Positions 28,388 to 42,791 are shown, counted from the first letter of the stretch. The stretch is DNA of 64,000 nucleotides from Azolla caroliniana (GCA_043228905.1 JBHGNT010000015.1:4216001-4280000), one strand, 5' to 3'. Notes: a model not told the origin generated them from the letters alone. Translations and numbers: made by a program.

Positions 28388-28570
28388 CAATCATCACAAT
28401 CATCACCCTCAGAATCCTCAGAATCATCATGAGAAATCATCATCACCATCATTACTGCTGTTATTACCATTAATGTGCTTCCGATCTGTCGCTCCTCCTC
28501 CTCCTCCTCCTCCTGCTGTTGTCGCCGTATGATCTGGCGGCCGTGGCTTCGAAAGAGGATCCTGTAACAT
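26516..28570 (-). CDS. DOF: Dof (C2C2) zinc-finger transcription factor; predicted exons 28570-28468 and 28263-26516 (616 aa)
   Basis: Canonical Dof domain [50 protein letters not shown]; long His/Asn/Gly low-complexity tail; frame-compatible GT..AG intron 28467-28264 (inferred); unspliced ORF is 26516-28300. Confidence 0.93.
27423..27476 (+). repeat. (TTAGGG)n array inside the Dof CDS, encoding poly(Asn-Pro)
   Basis: 9 hexamers: 7 TTAGGG and 2 TTAGAG. Confidence 0.9.
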
Positions 28571-28779
28571 GATTTTTTTAATTTTTTTTTTTTCTGTTTT
28601 GTTTTGTTTCTTCTCCACAGGTCCCCTAATCGCTCTGGTATGCTCAGCAGCAGGACATGGTGGTGAGCGAGCGACAATTACAGGAGAGATTTAGGAAGGA
28701 GTTTTCTTTTTTTTTGGGGGGGGGGGGGAGAGGAGAGGATCAGTGACAGATGAAAGGAGATCATGAGGGGAGGGAGGGA

Positions 28780-29035
28780 TTAGAGAGGATAGAGATTACT
28801 GATTAAAAAAAGAGAGAGAGAGAGAAGGAGATTGAAAGAGAGAGAGAGAGAGAGAGTGTGTGTGTGTGTGTTAGGTTGTTGGGAGAGCTCGTGAGTGCAG
28901 AAAGAAAAAAGGGGGAGTTGGAGGGGGCAGAGATGATGATAATGATCAGAAGTGCAGAGAGAGACAGAGACAGAGACAGACAGACAGGCAGAGAGAGAAG
29001 AGAGAAGAGAGAGAGAGTCTGACAGAGACAGAGAA
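28780..29035 (-). repeat. CT/CA-rich microsatellite tract upstream of Dof (likely 5' UTR or promoter)
   Basis: (GA)n, (GT)n and (GAGACA)n runs on plus strand, typical of plant TF leaders. Confidence 0.6.
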
Positions 29036-32000
29036 GGATTGGTATGTGGGTCCCATGGCGGCACACGAGGGCTTTCTGTAGCTGCTACTGCTGCCACTGA
29101 CTCCTCCATTCTGTCGTTTCGCCCGTTTCGACCGCCGTTTCTTAGCGGCCGGCTCGGCAAGAAACGGCGAAACGGCCGCCTTTTTTTGCCGGCCATCTCG
29201 TCGACGGATCCCGATCGTCCAAAAGTTTACAAAAAAAAAAAACAAATTAAACCGAAAAAAAAAAGGAAGCAAAACAAAGCAATTCCTCTTCCCTCCCTCG
29301 TGTGAAACCTCCCAATTTCGGGCGTTCACACCTGGCAGCAGGACAGAACCATGTCCCAACTCCAAACCAAACCAACGTAAAAAAAAAAAGCCCCCCCCCC
29401 CCCCGCCTAGGTGGATGGAATTCTATTGTGTACAAAACAAAACCACACTCGACCCCCGCACACACTTATTGGCACTCCTCACACACTCGTTCTCTCTCAC
29501 TCTCACCTTCGGTTCCTCTTCACTCGGCCCATCTCTTCACACCTTATGAGATAACACAAACACACACACACACACAAAGAGAGTGAGATAGAGCTATGGA
29601 TGAGCCCACATGACCACGAAGCGAGAGAAGTTTGACTCGTGCATTTGGAGAGAGAATGAAACCCCACCACCACCACATGATGATCACAAAGAGAAGTGTG
29701 TGTGTGTGTGCTTGAGTGAGTAAAACATAAGTTGTGGCTCGAAGCGTTTAGAGAGAGAATGAGAGCCCCCCCCCCCCCCCCCCCGCATGATCACGAGATA
29801 GTGAAGCCGACTGAGAATGCCCAGAGCTCGCACATGATTGCATGCATAGAGAGTAGAGCGCACATTACCTTAAACATTTTTCTCTCTTTCTTTTCTTCTC
29901 TTTTTTTAAAAATGAAATAAAGAAAGAAAGAAGAATTCGAGTCGAGAGATTTCGATATTTTTTAACAACTTGCAAATCGATCTCGAACGTGCCTCCACTC
30001 AAACGCAATCCCTCCTTTGCTTCTTTCTCTTCCTCTCCCTTAATTCCCTCTTGATGCGCACCACACATGAATGTATTCCCCCATGGATCATGCCATCTGG
30101 TGGATTTAAGTAAAGACTTTTAACACACATGATTGGATCTACCTTTGATGCTTCTCGCAACAAACTTGGGTTCGACTTCTTCAGGTCATTAGTAATTACA
30201 CTTGTTCCTCTCCAACATTGCAATTAACGATATGGAGCATGCTCCCCCCTACCTACACACACACACACCCTAAGTCCAAGAGTTCAAGCCCTACTAACTA
30301 GACATGTCATGATGGCATGTTATATTATTTTGATGTTGGCTTGCTCCCCATTTTCAGGATTTGACCCTAGATATATATAGTTCACTTTCATATTACAAAC
30401 ATCAAAGTGTCCCGCGCACCCCGTCTCATTGTCAAGATTTGACCATAGATATGTATAGTTCACTTTGATATTACAAATACCTACACACCCATTGCCAAGG
30501 ATAAAGTGCTTTGTGAACACTTTAATGTCGTAGAGTGAGTTACCTTAAACCTTAAAATGGCTTAAAAGCTTTACTAACAAACTGAATGGGCCCAAGTTCC
30601 AACAAAGGCAATGACATAAAGGGACTTTGTCAGTAAATTAGTTGTTCGAGATTTTGAGAAGGTGAGGAGCCCACTCTCTTACTCAAGCTATAGATGCACG
30701 ATATACGCTCACTAAATAGCAATGATATCAAAAGACAAACAATGCACATAATCAATTCTAGTTTCCATCAAATTCATCCAATATTTCTCGCCTCTTTATA
30801 AGCAACGTTTCTCATAAAATTTGCTCGTTCACATGTATATGACCATCTTATTTACCAAGGAAAATGACTCCAACACTCAAACTTGATGATACATACACCA
30901 TGGATGTGTATCCTAGAGCACATGTAACATGTTTCTACCTTTGAATCCCTCTTATTTCGATATTTTTAGATTAAACAAATGATGGCACGAAACGTATTTG
31001 TTGATTAACAGTAAAATACCTAAGGTTATGACATGATCTATTGAAAATGATTCATGTATTAAAAGAACGAATATATATTTAATGTCTAATTATACACGTT
31101 TCCACACATTGGATTTGTGTGAGTGCTCCTTGAGCTTGATTGACATCTAAGGAACAAAAACTTTATCTTGGCTAATGATTATGTTTTAGAAATGTATGCC
31201 AATGTGTTTATATTCACATGGAATCAAATTCCACATTCTCAAGAGTCAATCTTGGCAACGACATTATGATAAATTTCACTTAACTATTGTCTAGCTAAAC
31301 AATTGAAGTTTCTATTTTACCATATGTAGTCATGCCTTTCAACTGGAGTTTTTTGTAAATCAGTCTGTCCATTTGATCGACATTGAACATTGATGTTCCT
31401 TAATTTCACATGTAAGAACACTAATATAACCCTACTCTTTTTCATATTTACTGTAATACTACTCTGCTTATCCCTGATTATGATAAGATGGTAGATAGTT
31501 CCAATAACTAAGCAATTATAAAACAAGTGTAATCATTAAAGTTTTGAGATGACTCTGTTGTTACCTATTGTACATTTATGGTAAGTCGTTTGTGTTGGAA
31601 ATTAGTGTTAATGATTCCTCAATAGGAGACGCATTTTTCCAACATGGGAGTTCTATTGTGTTTGAAAGTAAAAACTTAATAAGCCCCAATTTCAAAATTA
31701 TTCACGATATAAAATGTGATCTACTTGTAAGTTGCCATGAAAGTATCAAATAAAATTTGAATCACACCTATTTCAAGGGTGAAAAAGCTTGTTGGGCAGA
31801 AATCATTCATTTATTTAATTGCATGCGTTATCAGAAGGCAATATATAATAACATCATGACAATGCCCTTCGTTGTAAACCTCAAATCCATGTTCTATGGT
31901 TTATTCACATCATGATAGGTTGCTGTCAATTAGAAGATTATTCGTTAGATACGACCATGATGTGGCGAGTTGTACAAATATGATGAGATGAGGGCAAGAA

Positions 32001-32871
32001 TAATGTGTTCACACTTTGCCCTTCCTTTACTAGTGACAAACAAATATGACCCAAAAATTTCATTGTTCAAACAAGGAAATTATACTTAAAAATACAAGAA
32101 GAGTTTGTGTATTTTAAAGACATTGACATTAAGCACCTCATAATCGTTCATGAGTGTCATCATGATATTCCAAGGTCTGGACAACTAGCTAGGATATGTA
32201 GAGTGTAATTCATGTGTTCCAATAGTTACAAATGGGCTTCCGTTGCCCTCACTTGTGCCGCCGTTGTTTACAAGTGTACACTCAAATGTCTTATTTATGG
32301 ATCCAACAAAAGTGTACACTTGAAGGGAGGATGTTTGTGCAACCATTCGAAGTTGGAAAGTATACCAAAGGATTTCATTGTTAGGCTGCATTTTGCAACC
32401 AAGAGAAACATAAGATATTTTTATAGGTCTAGATTTAGAACATATTTTTGTGTATGTGTTGACCTTCATGCATATTACCATATGATCATTCAAAAATTTG
32501 CCAAGTGCTTTTTGTTGGGGTGTCCATGTTCATATGGCCTCTTTACCATTCTTAGCCATTTTGATGCCTATTGGCATACAATTGGATTTACCTTCATCTA
32601 GTGCGGCCCACCTTATTTCCGTGCTAGTCATTTGAAGAAGAGTTTGTCGGTGTCTACGAGATGATTATTTTCACAAATCATAACACGAGAAACAAACACA
32701 TCAATTACTTTCTAGACATGTCACAAGACACTATGGAAATCAATGCCTACTTGGGAAGGAGTCATGCTTCATAAAAAGATGTCAAAGATTTATTTTAGAG
32801 GAAGAACTGAAATATTAGGGGACAATGATGTCCCAACATGACAACTATACATGTGCATGAAGGTTTAGGAG

Positions 32872-32875
32872 TGTC

Positions 32876-32930
<55 letters not shown>

Positions 32931-35900
32931 GAGAGAGAAAGAAAATTGAAAGGAAAGTATTATTGCACTATAAGATGGATTACAAAGAGTAGGCAACAAG
33001 GAGCTATAGAATGGCGTTGAACCAATTTGGTTTTGGGATGATTAATAAATCCCTATTTATAAGTCCCTATAGAGTATTCTAGAAGGTTCTAGAATATAGA
33101 GTAATCTAGAAGGTTTATAGAGAATTCTAGAAGGTTCTAGTATATAGAACACTCTAGAATATTCTAAGACATTCTAGAATGTAGAGTAATCTAGAATATT
33201 CTTATGATATTAGATTATATATTCTAAAAACTATGCATATAAACATATCATTACAATGGTTAAGGATTTGACATGTGTATAACAAGATTGTGGGTTTAAA
33301 TCCTTTTGAGGCTTCATGTGAGCGTCATCATGACATTAACCCCTTTCTTCACTGACAGGTATCATGGGTCGTATGGTTTGTACTAGGACTTGGTTTACGA
33401 GGATATTGGTGATGAAATGCGGTGACCATGTTCGCGGCATTGGCAAGATTTGCTGCAGGTTCCCAAGTTTGATCGTTGGGGGTATAACCTAACCAATCAA
33501 CCAAGTAATACAACTTGTTGCGCACAATTTTAGAATCGAGAATAGAAGCAACCTCAAATTTGGGTCCTTCCAAGAACTCAACAGGTGGTGGGGGAGTTGT
33601 AAGATGACCCAGAATTGAACTTGTGGTGTAAGGTTCCAAAAGTGATACATGAAACACCGAATGAAGACGCATATGTGGAGGGAGGCCAAGATGAAATGCA
33701 ACATCACTTATCTTACCAGTAATCAGGTACGGGCCATAACGTTGGTAATCCAATTTACCGCAAGGCCTAGTGGTCTTGATGTTGTGTTGGAGAAGCCATA
33801 CATGATCCCCAACATGAAACTTTTTGAAGGAGTCTAGGCGATGACGACCGCAAGCCTCTTGTGTGTAACTTGAGCATCATGCAAATTGTGGAGAATGGTA
33901 GCGTGAATTTCTTGGAGGCGACTAAGATGATCCTCTGCAGCAGGGTTGGTAGGAACTTCTAGATGCACATTCATCGTCCGCTGAGGATGACAACCCGTAT
34001 TGGCGAAAAATGGGGAATATCCCGTAGAAGAATGCATTGAGTTGTTGTAAGAGAATTCAGCCAAGTGCAAAACTCAACCTAATCATCTTGTTGGTAGTTG
34101 ATGATACAACGAAGATATTGCTCCAAAGTCTAGTTGGTATGCTCAGTTTGGCCATTAGTCTCGGGATGATAGCCCGAAGAAAGCTTAACCGAAATTCGGA
34201 GAATTTTGAACATGTGCTTCCAAAATTTTGAGATGAATTGTGGACTATGATCACTAATAATATCATCTAGAAGACCACGATGCCTGAATACCTCCCGCAT
34301 AACTAGATCGACCGCCTCTTGACTAGTAATAAACTTCGTACATGGCAAGAAATGTGCCATTTTGGTAAGCCGATCGACCACCGTGAGAATTGCATCAAAA
34401 CCTTTCGAAACTGGGAGATCGGTAATGAAATCAAAGGATATAGACTTCCAAGGATTTTCAGGAATAGGAAGTGGTTGTAGTAAGCCATAGGATCGGTGTC
34501 GAGAACTCTTTGATCTACAACATATATCATAGTTGCGAACATACTCCTCAACAAAATGATGAAGGCGAGGCCACCAATATTGTCGAGAAAATAATTCTAG
34601 AGTTTTGCGAACTCCAAAATGTCCAACCATTGGTGTGTCATGACAATGTTGTAAAACTTGTAGGCATGGGGGACCATCAGGAACATACAATAGGTTTTGT
34701 GGAAACAGAAACCCACCATGCCAATAGAACTGACGATAGTCATGACGAGGGTTCTTCGACTACGAGAAAGAAGCACGATTCGGGATGATATGATCCAAAA
34801 CATCATTGGCGAATTCATCAATGGTCATATGATCTTGAATGGAATCAAGAAGAGTGGAATATTCAAGTATTGTTATGGCATTAACTGCCATTAATCGTAG
34901 GCAATTAGAACCCAAAAGGATTTGTTTTTAATGCTCAAATGCAGGTTCCCTTGGACGAAGTTCCATATAAGAGCGTCAAGGAAGAGCATTTGCTTTGCCT
35001 TGCTGCATCCTAAGGCGATATACGATTACAAAGTCGAAGTGAGTCAAAAATTGCGCCCATCGGGCTTGTCGCCGACTCAAGACTCGAGCATTTTGGAAAT
35101 ATATCAGGTTCTTATGATCGTTATAGAAAATGATCTATTGAGAAGAACCTTCTAGAAAATGTTGCCATTGTTGAAAAGAATCCACAATTGCAAGAAGTTC
35201 TTTGTCATGGATCTCGTAGTTGATCTCTACAGCTTCAAACTTTCGGGAATGAAAGGTGACAAGGTGTAGCTCTTCGTCATCTCTAGTCTGTGATAGGATA
35301 CTCCCTAATGCAAAGTCGGATGCATCAACATCAAGGATGAAGCGTTTTGTTGGGTCGACATGTGCTAAAATAGGTGCCGTTGTAAACGCTCGTTTTAAAC
35401 TTTCAAAGCCTTGGCTGCATTTGAACTCCATATGAATGGTTGATTTTTGTGTGTGAGTTGAGTGAGTGGAAGCACAACCTTCGAATAATTTTTAATAAAT
35501 TTCTGATAAAAATTTGCACCCGAGAAAACATTGCACGTTGCGCATTGAAAGGGGCACTTGCCAATCTAAAATTGCTTGAACCTAATACCATCTGATGATA
35601 CAACATACCCCAAAAATTCCACTTGATTATGGCCGAAACTACACTTTTCTAATTTTGCGTAGAGATCATATTCTCATAGTTGATGTAGTACATGACAAAC
35701 ATGTTTATCATGCTCCTCTTGGGTCTTCGAGTAGATCAAAATGTCATCCAGGTAAACTATAGTGAAGATATCGAGAAATTCTCGAAAATATCATTTGCCA
35801 TATGCTGGAAAACTACAAGTGCATTTGTGAGACCGAATGACATCACAGTATACTCCGACGAATCCGACCTAGATTATATGCACTGCGAAGGTCTAGCTTC

Positions 35901-36660
35901 GTAAAATATTTTGCTCCACTGAGACGTTCCAAAAGATTCAGTATTAACAGTAGAGCATATCTATTCCGGATAATCACTTTGTTTAACCCTAGATAATCCA
36001 CGACCAACCGAAGAGATCCATTCTTTTTCTTAACAAAGAAGATAGGTGCACCATCAAGGGATCTAGAATGCTGAATGAATCCGTTTGCCAAATACTCGTT
36101 GATATATTCCCGCAAGTGAGAGATTATAAATCGGCCCCCATGGAGGTTCTTTCCCTGGTTGTAAGTCAATAGGGCCATCATATGGTTGATGCTCCGGCAA
36201 TGTATTGGTCTTCAAATTATGAAAGACGTCTGAGAACTCTTTGTATTTCTCTGGTAGTTTAATGTCCGCTTCATGTAAGGTGGATGACGGAGTTTCTACT
36301 ATTGCGAATATGAACATGTCCTCCTTCCCCCCTTCCTCACGTAGCTGACATATAGAGATGGTCGATAACTTATGGGATTCAATATAAGATGTCAGAGATT
36401 TGAGGGAGGCAAGCTTTTTTCTTTTTTCTTGGGTCTCCTCAATTGTTCTTTTCATCCAATCAATCTTCGGGTTATGGAGTTCAAACCAAGGAAGACCTAG
36501 AACTACTAGGTGTGTTGGACTACGAATAATGTTGAAAGAGATTATTCTTGCCAAATCGCCAAGAACTATACGAATTGGCTCGAACTCCTCTACTACATCA
36601 CCTGATGTTATGGGACGGCCATCAATGACTCCTATGGCTACTGGGTTTAAGAGCTTATTC
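32872..36660 (-). mobile_element. Decayed Tcn1-like chromovirus, 3' portion (PR-RT-RH-INT-chromodomain, PPT, 3' LTR 32872-33335)
   Basis: Chromodomain FEVASILDSKIVRNKLYYLVDWLGY; INT SISFDFITDLP; RH LDVDASDFALG; PPT AAGAAAGGGG next to TGTCA; many stops and frameshifts. Confidence 0.85.
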
Positions 36661-36689
36661 ATATGGGAAAACCATCAATGACTCCTATG

Positions 36690-39600
36690 ACTACTCATAA
36701 TGGCTATAACGAGTACGAAATGCCGTTTTAGGAGCATCTTCGTCACTTATACGAATTTGATGGTAGCCCGTATGGAGATCAAGTTTCGTAAAATATCGAG
36801 CTCCTTGGAGACAATCAATTAGATCGTCAGCCTAGGGCAATGGATATGAATTCTTGATCATCACTTTATGCAAGCGTCGATAATTAATACACATACGCCA
36901 CGTGCCCTCTTTTTGTTTTACCAAGAGAATAGGTGCACCCCATGGAGATTTACTATAACGTATATAACCCATTCGTATATAGTCCTTGAGTTGCTTAGAT
37001 ACCTCATCCTCTTTGGATCTACTTAGCGATACAAAGGTAAACTTATTGGTGCAATGCCAGGTACAATATCTATACGATGGTCTATATTACATTTAGGAGG
37101 TAGCCCATGTGGTAGGTCACTCGGGAAAACATCACAAAAATCATTTAAGATTTCATCGAGTTGTTGTTGTTCAAAATATGATAAATGACCCAAGACACTA
37201 TCGATATTATAAACGTGAATGTTTCGGATCAAGTACACAATAAAATAAAGAAGAACAAGAAAAATCTGATATTGATGGAGAGGAAACAATCGAAAGAGAT
37301 TGTTTTTTGACACATTGAATAAAATGAGTACAATCGTTCAGTACAAAGGTAATGGAATGGTGAACCCAATCAATAGATAAAGAAGAGTTTTTATTATAAA
37401 ACCAGGAGTAACCTAGTATTACATCAGTGGTACAAAGATTCATTACATATACAAGTATCAATAGAATTTCTTAATGAATGAATTGCCCTGTTGATGTATT
37501 GTACCTTCCATAAGCCAAGTGCACCTTATAGGTGTGATCACTTACAGTGGGTTGGATTTGCCATATCTGAACCAAACAATCATTCACAAAGTTGTGTGAA
37601 CTTCCCGAATCAAATAAGAATTGTATAGGAGATCCATTGATATACCCGTTTGCATGTAACAAATCATTGGGTCCCAATACATAGTGAGGGAAAGAACATT
37701 TACAATGACTTAAATGATGTGTATAGACCTCAAGGACATTAGGAATTTGACCTTTATGGTCTGCAACTTTGGATTTGTTGTCGTGCTCTTTTTGTTGGAG
37801 CTTCTCACGTTGCTCTTTTATATGACCATTCTTTTTGCAGAATATGCAAAAAGGATGTTGTCGCTTATAATCGCGATCCATGAATTTGTTGGGTGTCTTG
37901 CTTAGTCCTAGGCGCTTTGGGTTTGTTATGGTTCTTCTTAGAAGTGTGTTGATAACGAAGAACTATTTCAATGGCTTCTTTGAAGGATTTTGGATCCTTA
38001 TCATGCACTATCCAGTGATAGTCTGAATTGGGGATGTCATTGACAAAACAAGCTATTAACCAATTGTCCCCTTCTAGACCCGATTTTTGGATTTGGGTTC
38101 TAGCATGGTGAACATAGTCTTCTAGCAAGGAAAATTTCCAGCTAGAGAGGTTCATTAAAGCTTGTGTTGCCTTAGTTCGAGATGGTGGTTGTAGAAATTG
38201 GCCCTTGGAAACTTTGACAAAGTCTGTCTAGGTATCTGGCAATTTCCCCATAGTGCGGAGCCCATGCCACCAAGCGGCGGTCTTACCCCCTAGTTCTCGA
38301 CTAACATATGCAATCTTTGTGCTATCTGGCTTGGGATAGAGCTCAAAATGAGACTCCCATCGGCCTAGCCACGTGCAGATTGCTTCTTCGGTTCTTTCCT
38401 TTTTTTCTCCCTTAAATGGCTTTACGACAAACGATGGTTCACCTTGATGCTCATTGGGTTTATTAGTATCATATTGTATACTAATGACACGTGCCTCGAG
38501 AGCACTATGAGATTGCTGAAGTTCGAAAATCTCATGTAAGGTAGAACTAAGGAAATTTTGTATTTGTAACAAATACGATTCAATGGGGATTGGCCCAAGA
38601 GGATTTCCTTGAATTCCTTCCACTTGGGCGGATGCCATCAGGTCGATATTATGAGCCATTGAATGATAATTTTTGGCACAAAAATAGGATAAGGCCAGAA
38701 AAATAGTCATAACATCATGCCGTGATGTAAACATATCATGGGCAAACATTAATCGATATCATGATCTCACGTCAATACCCCTCTAGACACATGAGATGAG
38801 GTTCAAGATCAGGTTACTATGGTAACACAAAGGTGTTTTAAAACCCATGGGGGTGACAAATGAATGTTTTTCCCTGATCTCTATATCGATTTTTTCATGG
38901 AAGCTCCCCAAGGCTCAACAATGGATGTTCACGTCATGAATAGTTTATACACGAAAAAATTTAAAACAATAAACTATGTCTCTTTGCCCACCCATGTGGT
39001 TTCGACTATTTAAGTTGTATTAAGAGGACCCTGAAGGGCACGTAGACCTAAAGTCTAAACATGTTTTCTAGTCATATGTATTAATAATGTTGTATGGTCG
39101 TGGTCATATTTGAACTCGAGACCTCAAGAACAAATACATTAAACAATTGAGCAAACCAAATGGTTTACTCCTTTTGAATGCTTAAGGTTTACGCATATGA
39201 GAGATATGTGAAGGCATTTTCCTATATATGGTTTTTTAAAAGTAAACATATGTTTCTAGAAACCTTATTTCCCCCTCATTAACAAGAAAACTATGTTGGT
39301 ACATTACCCAACCTCAAGTCTCATCATTACAATGATATACCCCTTTTTGTTATAACCCATACCAAAATCGAAGACTCAGAGTGACCAACAAGGATGACAA
39401 CAAAAAAAATTGTTGATAAAAGGACGGTGACTGCGCCATTCTCAAAAAAATGTGAGGACGGCCACCAAGATCCTTTCCCTGAAAAGGACAACGTTCGATA
39501 TACAAAATCACGTAATAAAAACTAATATACACATATTTATGTTTATCACATGTATACGATTAAATACGTATACACGTGATTACATATGCATATATTAAAA

Positions 39601-40346
39601 GAATTATAACATCACATAGCCATTGAATGATGTAATCGAGATACGTAATCGAGGCATATAGCCTCCATGCACACAAAACATCCAAAATAAAGGTGGACGT
39701 AATACGCAATTGAGGTATTGACCTCTTACGCATAACACACAAATCGCATATCATTTATATACAAATCGAGGTATTGACCTCATACGCATATGTAACATAT
39801 GTATGGACACGCAATTGAGGTATTAACCTCGTACGCATACAACACAAATCACATATCAAATATATGTCAAATGAGGTATTGATCTCATACACATATGTAT
39901 ACATTTTATATAGCATATTATTACCACTACAACATAAGTGAATCAATGAAAAAAATTACATATTGACTATACATGATTAGATTAGGAGAAGAAAGAATAG
40001 GAAAAAAACCAAGAAAGAGTTACCGAAGTTCCTTTGTTGATAGCTATCTGGATCAAGCTCGATCGCACATCGATCGATCACCATCCATCAAGAAGAAAAC
40101 AAAACAATCAACAAAAGAAACATTTGAATGAAAGCTTGGATACCAATTGTTAGAGCTAGCTACTAATGTAAGCATATGATAAGGATAATATAGTCTATAG
40201 AAAAATAAGAGAGGAGAGAGAAAGAAGGGTGCCGATCCACTCGACCGCCCTCGAGCGAAGGGATCGAGACTGACTTGAGCCTCGATTGGCATCCCATACC
40301 ACTGCCATGGCATTGAGTTGTACTTGGTATTGGCGCGCTCGCTACA
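36690..40346 (-). mobile_element. Decayed Ty3/Gypsy 5' portion (probable LTR 40148-40346, PBS, long leader, gag-PR-RT start)
   Basis: TGGTATCCAAGC (iMet-like PBS) 2 nt after ...CTAACA; gag LGGKTAAWW; knuckle CIFCKKNGH; protease LFDSGSSHNF; RT start DVFPSDLPHGLPP. Confidence 0.75.
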
Positions 40347-40919
40347 AGAGTTGATCCATTGGCATTCCCTCCAGTGACAATCCGGTACTAACAAAGATTG
40401 TCATCTCTGTAATCCATGAATCAACATCTGCTTCATGCATTTCCATCGAATCCACTGTGTCGATTTGGAAGAGTTGAACGTCGGGAAAATCATCCTTTAC
40501 TCCTGTACCTGGCTTGCCTGACTCAAGTCGACTTAGGTAGTTAGCTGCTACATGTTGCACCCTTGGCCGAAGAATTATGTCAAATTCAAATTCCTGTAGC
40601 AACAATGTCCATCTAGCTAATTTACCTATTAATTCTTGTTTTGACACCAAGTATAATATTGCCGAATGATCCACATGAAATGTGAATGTCCGACTTAACA
40701 GGTAATGTCGGAATTTAATGACACTATATATCATTCCAAGAGCGTCGTGTTGTATTGTCGAATAATTCCGTTCGGTCATTGATAATTTCCGACTTGCGTA
40801 ATAGACTGACCTATACCAGTTCGGCTCTGACAGTTACATTAACAAACTTCTGATTGCCACATCGGATGCATTGACAAATACATGAAAGTCTTTTCCCCAA
40901 TTGAGAGGTTGTACAATCG
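40347..40919 (-). pseudogene. RNase H part of an old non-chromovirus Gypsy pol (related to A/B)
   Basis: DFHVFVNASDVAI, FRHYLL, FHVDHSA, KLARWTLLLQEFEF; reading joins 63104+ across the Copia insertion. Confidence 0.85.
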
Positions 40920-41443
40920 TGTTGAGAGACAAGCTCAACATTGGGTGCGTAAACAGGTGCGTAACCTAGTGCATAGACTAGGTGCGTAAAACTGTACGCA
41001 AAATATGGTTGTAGCGTGTGTAAACAAAGAGGCCGTTAGAATGTTATTCCTCGTAAGGAATAATTTTGGGAGTAAGTGTAGGATGCTCATTTATGAGCGG
41101 TCAAGTACTATAAGTACTTGTGTCAGCCCAATAGTCAGGGCTTATATAAAAGGTGCGCATTGAGCACGAAGTATGTATAGAGAACATACTGAGAATTATT
41201 TTTTAATATAGTTTCGTTTTCAACTCTCTCTATCTTTCCTTCTCCTTCTCTGTGATTTCTGTGTTTTACCGAACTGTCATACTTCTGAACCGTGTACTCT
41301 GTGTCTTTCGCATACGCTTCCGCACATGTATTCTTTTACATGGTATCAGAGCGTGAGGGTTGAGACTCCTCTGCAGCCGATAGAAAAGCTTGTGATAAAG
41401 ACAAAGTTAAGTTATTGTTTTTTGGAAAGGATAAGACAACAAT

Positions 41444-42791
41444 ATGGACAGAGGAATGGGAAGCTTGCTACCGACTAAGAAGCTCGACAGGAGCAACTAT
41501 GCATCTTGGTCGTACAAGATGCACCAGTACCTGCTTGGTCATGGTTACTAGAGTTATGTCGAAGGAGCTAATGATACAACACCTGAATCAACACACAATG
41601 ATTTTTTGGCTTGGGAATAAGTGGCAAGCAGAGTTCTTCACTGCTTTGCGTCCTGTGTGAGCGACCAGCTTCTGAGCTACATTCAGGATGCTAAGACGCC
41701 AAAGGACGCATGGGCGAATCTCAAGGGGATTTTCGCCGCTAGCACAACGACCAGGAAGCTGCAACTCAGGTAGGAGCTCAGCAATGTCCGACAAAAAGCG
41801 ACTCTCTCGCCTCCGTCAACGTGAACGTCGAGGAGGACGAAATGGTGCAGGTTTTTCTTGGAGGGTTAGCGTCAAAGTTCAGAGCATTCCGAACGGCAGT
41901 CTGCACAAGGGAGAATACGCCTTCGTTCTTCGAGCTTCAATCGATGTTGCACGTGGAGGAAAATCACGCAAGTGCATCGACGAGTACGCACATTGACAGC
42001 AGGATGTTGTACATGGAGGAAGATAGGCCCCGTGATTGTGGCGGACAAGGCGGATCAACACCCGATGGAGGCGGCCGAAAAGAGCAGAACGTGCGGCATA
42101 ATCGAAATGCCGGAAGCAATTCCGAACCTTCCGGAAGTAGGGGGAGTCATAGCAGCGTTGGAAGCCAACAAGAGAAGGCCACGACGGAATGCTGGTACTG
42201 TGGCAAGAAAGGCCACAGGGAGAGCGAGTGCTGGAAGAAGAGAGCCGATTCAGACAAAGATGGATCGAGTGGAAGAGACACAGGAAGACATTAGAAATCG
42301 CACTACGCCGAGGGCTCCGAATGAGCTGGAAATGGATCAGGCCCAGCCTTCAGAATGAAGCACAAGGCCAATTCGATGGCCGTGAACACCTAGAAACCAA
42401 GCGAGGTGTGGTATGTTGATTCCAGAGCGTCAAATCATATGACGAGTCATGAGGAATGGTTCTCATACTTGGAGAAACCGGAAAAACAAGGAGTGGTCGA
42501 AATGGGAGACGACACTGCGCATACCATCGAACATGTCGGCAAAGTTCCCCTCAGCCACGTCGGGCAGAAAGGGAAACTCATGAACGTGCTGCACGTCTCA
42601 ACAATAACCAAGAACCTGGTGTCGGTTGGTTAGATCGTCGACCAGGGGATGCAAGTTCGATTCACGCACCTCAGGTGCTACATCGAAGAGGAAGGCCAAG
42701 TCATCGCGCACGGGCGCCGTGAAGGGAGGATGTTCATCCTCGACACCAACCAAGCCGGAATCGCGCTGTTCGCGAAAGGACAGAAGGTCGA
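41444..42791 (+). pseudogene. Copia gag-protease (stops and frameshifts)
   Basis: LDRSNYASWSYKMHQYL, knuckle CWYCGKKGHRESEC, protease WYVDSRASNHMT. Confidence 0.88.

Noticed and set aside
27335-28532. Plus-strand ORFs overlapping Dof (305 aa, 132 aa)
   Set aside because: Antisense shadows of low-complexity codon repeats
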